From IMG/VR virus record IMGVR_UViG_3300045988_129709: a stretch of DNA of 36,443 bases. One strand, 5' to 3'. Position 1 is the first letter of the stretch. Every line of letters starts with the position of its first letter. Of this stretch, positions 33,279-36,443 are shown in pieces. Position numbers and translations under genes: made by a program. The notes beneath the pieces were generated by a model. The model searched no databases, had not been told where the DNA came from, and worked only from the letters and a program-made list of their open reading frames with translations. Source of the DNA: a virus.

Positions 33279-34688
33279 ATGCAAGAAATGCAAATATACG
33301 ATATAAATAATAAACTGTTATTTACAGGATATTTAGAAAGTTATAAGATGCCTGAATTAACAATGTTAAATAGCATAGAAAACGAATTAACATTAACTTT
33401 AATGACTCCACGTACAATGACAATAAAAAAGACTGTAACAATCGTAACAACAGACACAATGTTAAATATTATTAATAGAATCTTTCAACCACTTTACAAC
33501 GATGGGTTTGTATTAAAAGAAAGTAATTTCGACAACAAAGCTATAACAGTAAAATTAATAGCGAGAACAATAGAAGAATGCATGAAAATTTTGTCTACTA
33601 GATATGCACTATATTGGAATATAAACGAATTAAAAGAAATTACAGTAAACAGCATTGAATATCAGTTTAATAAACCTTTTACAAAATCGATAAATATAAA
33701 CAATTATAAAAAACAAATAAAAGGATTTACAAAGTTGGTTCCAAGTGTAGAAGGAACAGACTATGCTAATATAATAAATGTAAAAAATGCAAGAGTATTT
33801 TATAGCTTTATAAATAAAGATATGAACATAACATTAAAAAAAGACGGAAAACTTGAGTTTGAAAATCCTGTCGACATTAGCTATAGTACTGCGAAAAGGT
33901 TAAATGCAGGAAGTTTTATAGATGGTGCTGAAATTGCAGTTAGCAATCTACAAATCATATATCATGATAGTAGTGGAAATTCTAAAGATGCTTATATTAT
34001 AAGCGGAATTAATACAAGTGGAGACATAAAACCTGGTTTAAATGTAAAAGATATAGGAACAGATAGCAAAGAAGATAGCTTATTTGTTTTAGATATGGAT
34101 AGTATGTTTAATTATTTAGCAACAGGATTTACATATAAAGGTGAGGACACCATAACAATAGACCAAATTTATTCTGAGGCAGCTTTAAGATATTCAAGTA
34201 TGAAACTTCTTAATTGGCATGAAATAGAAAAAAACGCAGGCACTATAACGACAACCGGTCAAATAGAAAAAACTCTTGATGCTAAAGAAAAGTGGTTTAC
34301 TGTACAAGAATTAATAGAATATGTCAGAGGAAACTTTGTTTCTAATGATAAAAATACAAATATTATAAAAATTTATTGTGATAAAGATAACAAAATAGAA
34401 ATAGGAGATAGGTTAGAAATAGATTTACCAGAACTATATACACAAGGAAATTATATAGCTACAGATATGACAATTTCAAAAGAATGGAATAATCCTTATG
34501 AATATATTATAGAACTAAGAAACACAGCATTATCTGAAAATTATGCTAATTTATTTCAAGATTCATTAGATACAGAAGAACAAGCAAATCAAGTAGAGGT
34601 TGAATACGTTGTAGAATATGCAGAAGAAGAAACAATAGCAGAGGTACACGACATCGAATACTTACCTTCTCAGGAGGTGCAATCATGA
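33279..34688 (+). CDS. Distal tail protein (Dit-like, extended)
   Basis: First gene after the tape measure gene. 469 aa. Confidence 0.5.
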   Translation: MQEMQIYDINNKLLFTGYLESYKMPELTMLNSIENELTLTLMTPRTMTIKKTVTIVTTDTMLNIINRIFQPLYNDGFVLKESNFDNKAITVKLIARTIEECMKILSTRYALYWNINELKEITVNSIEYQFNKPFTKSININNYKKQIKGFTKLVPSVEGTDYANIINVKNARVFYSFINKDMNITLKKDGKLEFENPVDISYSTAKRLNAGSFIDGAEIAVSNLQIIYHDSSGNSKDAYIISGINTSGDIKPGLNVKDIGTDSKEDSLFVLDMDSMFNYLATGFTYKGEDTITIDQIYSEAALRYSSMKLLNWHEIEKNAGTITTTGQIEKTLDAKEKWFTVQELIEYVRGNFVSNDKNTNIIKIYCDKDNKIEIGDRLEIDLPELYTQGNYIATDMTISKEWNNPYEYIIELRNTALSENYANLFQDSLDTEEQANQVEVEYVVEYAEEETIAEVHDIEYLPSQEVQS

Positions 34689-35692
34689 AAATAAAAAACG
34701 AAAGCGTAACAATAAAAATAGGAAACAAAGAAAAATCTTTTCACAATCTAATTTTAAATAGCTATATAGACTTATTTGCAGATAGTTTTTTGAAATTTAA
34801 AAATAAATTACTTACATATTGCTACGTTAAATTTGATACAACCCAGACTATAAATGAAAATAGTACTACAATGGAATATGACACTATATTAGAAACAAAC
34901 TTTTACAAGACAAAAGAATCTTTCTCAGAAAACAATATTATAAATGATTATATATATGATATCCCTGTAATGGAACAAGAGGAAATATCAACTTTTGTCG
35001 GAAAGAAAATAACAGGAATAGGATTTGGTGACTATGACAATGACAGTGGACAATATTTATTATATGCATTTTTAGACGTTAGTAAATATCAAATTATAGT
35101 ACAAGAAGGACAAGAAGTTGTAATATCAAGAAAAGATAAAATAACGAGTGATTTGCAATTTTATTCACCATTTTCAAGCGTGAAATATCCAACACATTTG
35201 ACATCAAGAGGAATAATAGAAAAAATAGGAATGGAATACAACGAAATCTTTTCACAACTATACTCTGTAGGTTTTGGAACGCTATATAGTAAAATAGATA
35301 CTGAAGAAATACCTGTTTCGGAATTAGATTTTAAGAAAGAAGGAACAGGAATAGTAACTTTAATAGGAGCGCAAGACTATGCGGTATACCCAAATACTGA
35401 TTTATTTCCAAGCCCTGAGTTATATCCAGGGCGAAGTTCGGAAGGATTAAAAAAATTAGAAATACCAGATAGAGGAGAAGGACAATATCCTTCTTTTTTG
35501 CTTTTTCCGTCTACAGAGTTGTACCCAAAGCAATCTTCTCCAAAATATGTAATTTATAAGTTTAAATTGTATCGAAGACGATATGAAGGAGAATTAGAAA
35601 TAGTCGAGGATACAGGATTGTATTATTATCAATCACAATCAATAGATGGGACAGGAGCAATAAAACTAACTATAAAATATGAAAGGGGTTAA
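34685..35692 (+). CDS. Tail-tip/baseplate protein with tandem LFPS(P/T)ELYP repeats
   Basis: DLFPSPELYPGRSSEG and LFPSTELYPKQSSP. Confidence 0.45.
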   Translation: MKIKNESVTIKIGNKEKSFHNLILNSYIDLFADSFLKFKNKLLTYCYVKFDTTQTINENSTTMEYDTILETNFYKTKESFSENNIINDYIYDIPVMEQEEISTFVGKKITGIGFGDYDNDSGQYLLYAFLDVSKYQIIVQEGQEVVISRKDKITSDLQFYSPFSSVKYPTHLTSRGIIEKIGMEYNEIFSQLYSVGFGTLYSKIDTEEIPVSELDFKKEGTGIVTLIGAQDYAVYPNTDLFPSPELYPGRSSEGLKKLEIPDRGEGQYPSFLLFPSTELYPKQSSPKYVIYKFKLYRRRYEGELEIVEDTGLYYYQSQSIDGTGAIKLTIKYERG

Positions 35693-35695
35693 ATT

Positions 35696-36001
35696 ATGAT
35701 AATTTTTGAAAATCTGCCAAGTGAAAAAACACCGATAGATGCAGACAATTTAAATGCAATTCAACACACGAAAAGAGTATTGGTAACAACAAACACAGAA
35801 ATAACAGCAAATACAAATTACACAGTTCCTGAAAAGTATTACGTAGGTAAAAATCATCTATGGATATACTTCGAAGGAACTTTGTTAATTAAGAATGAGA
35901 ATTACATAGAAACAGGAATAAACGGAGAAGAAAGTACAGCAATTCAATTCCTAGATTGGGATGTACCAATAGGAAGTAAATTAGAATTTTTATATAAGTA
36001 A
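35696..36001 (+). CDS. Tail fibre-associated hypothetical protein
   Basis: ORF. Confidence 0.4.
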   Translation: MIIFENLPSEKTPIDADNLNAIQHTKRVLVTTNTEITANTNYTVPEKYYVGKNHLWIYFEGTLLIKNENYIETGINGEESTAIQFLDWDVPIGSKLEFLYK

Positions 36002-36013
36002 AGGAGTGAGAAT

Positions 36014-36367
36014 ATGAGTAAGCCAAACAATTTAAAAATATGTTCAACAGAAGAAGTAAAAACAGGAGAATACTGGATAGATGGAAAGCCTTTATATAGA
36101 AAAGTTATATCATGTGGAGCTTTGCCAAATTCAACCTCAAAATTAGTGAATCATAATATCTCAGACATAGATAATATCAGAATGTATGGTTTTGCAGTTA
36201 GAACAAGTGATAGAAGAACATTTCCATTACCATTTTCAAGTGTAGATGGTGTAGGACATATTCAATTAGATTTGACATCAACACAAATACAAATAACAAC
36301 AAATAATGATAGAAGTTCATTTAATACAAGTTATGTAATATTAGAATACACAAAAACAACAGATTAA
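36014..36367 (+). CDS. Putative tail fibre / receptor-binding protein N-terminal module
   Basis: GEYWIDGKPLYRKVI resembles a motif recalled from Firmicute phage fibre N-termini. It is followed in the circle by the (AC)n leader ORF. Confidence 0.45.
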   Translation: MSKPNNLKICSTEEVKTGEYWIDGKPLYRKVISCGALPNSTSKLVNHNISDIDNIRMYGFAVRTSDRRTFPLPFSSVDGVGHIQLDLTSTQIQITTNNDRSSFNTSYVILEYTKTTD

Positions 36368-36388
36368 ATGAAGATGAAAGGAGAAATA

Positions 36389-36443
36389 AACATGAACAAA
36401 ATTAATAAAAGTCTTGAGGCTGTACACACACACACACACACAC
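36389..36443. repeat. Terminal direct repeat (copy 2), truncated inside (AC)n tract
   Basis: Identical to 1..55. Confidence 0.9.

Larger units (their letters stand above)
1..36443. mobile_element. Complete temperate phage genome (integrase + attP + repressor/cro switch + packaging/head/tail/lysis modules); contig circularly closed by 55-bp terminal overlap
   Basis: Bases 1-55 are identical to 36389-36443. A full set of phage modules is present. The integrase gene lies next to a tRNA-derived attP-like core. Confidence 0.8.

Overview
The window reads as a complete, circularly closed temperate siphovirus-type phage genome from a very AT-rich, low-GC Firmicute host. The first 55 bp are identical to the last 55 bp, so the unique length is about 36,388 bp, and the contig was broken inside an (AC)n microsatellite.

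Layout:
- 1-4.3 kb: distal tail/fibre genes continuing from the window end, including a collagen-like fibre protein, then a membrane-anchored peptidase plus 2x SH3b lysin with no adjacent holin.
- 4.3-5.9 kb: an ORF-poor accessory (moron) region with tandem promoters and operator repeats, a long structured leader, a 57-aa ORF, a small XRE regulator and duplicated palindromic operators.
- 5.9-8.6 kb: the lysogeny module on the minus strand. It holds an attP with a tRNA-Thr-like 5' fragment and TTGACAAC arm repeats, a tyrosine integrase, an ImmA-like peptidase, an unknown 159-aa protein and a CI-like repressor.
- 8.6-20.1 kb: an early operon with cro and xis, then DUF1351, a RecT-like protein and an MBL-fold protein, a DnaD-like replisome organiser with internal iteron-like repeats, two HNH genes (one frameshifted), an MT-A70 adenine methyltransferase, YopX, and ArpU/sigma-like regulators.
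- 20.3-28.9 kb: packaging and head genes. These are terS, terL, an SPP1-type portal, a MuF minor head protein with a C-terminal PD-(D/E)xK-like toxin-type extension, a scaffold protein and the major capsid protein.
- 29.3-36.4 kb: tail genes. These are the major tail protein, a G/GT-type chaperone pair that needs a frameshift, a 633-aa tape measure protein, Dit/Tal-like proteins and a fibre-like protein.

Most unusual observations:
1. An (AC)11 dinucleotide tract sits inside a 19-codon leader ORF immediately upstream of the tail-fibre cluster. Its alternative lengths change where that ORF terminates, including a state in which its stop overlaps the downstream start codon (ATGA). This is a candidate phase-variation switch.
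2. At least four genes are interrupted by single-nucleotide frameshifts, three of them at short homopolymers. These are either sequencing artefacts or slippage sites.
3. The MuF gene carries a nuclease-like C-terminal extension with no adjacent immunity gene.

No tools were run. Coordinates of features not in the ORF track are approximate (+/-2 nt).
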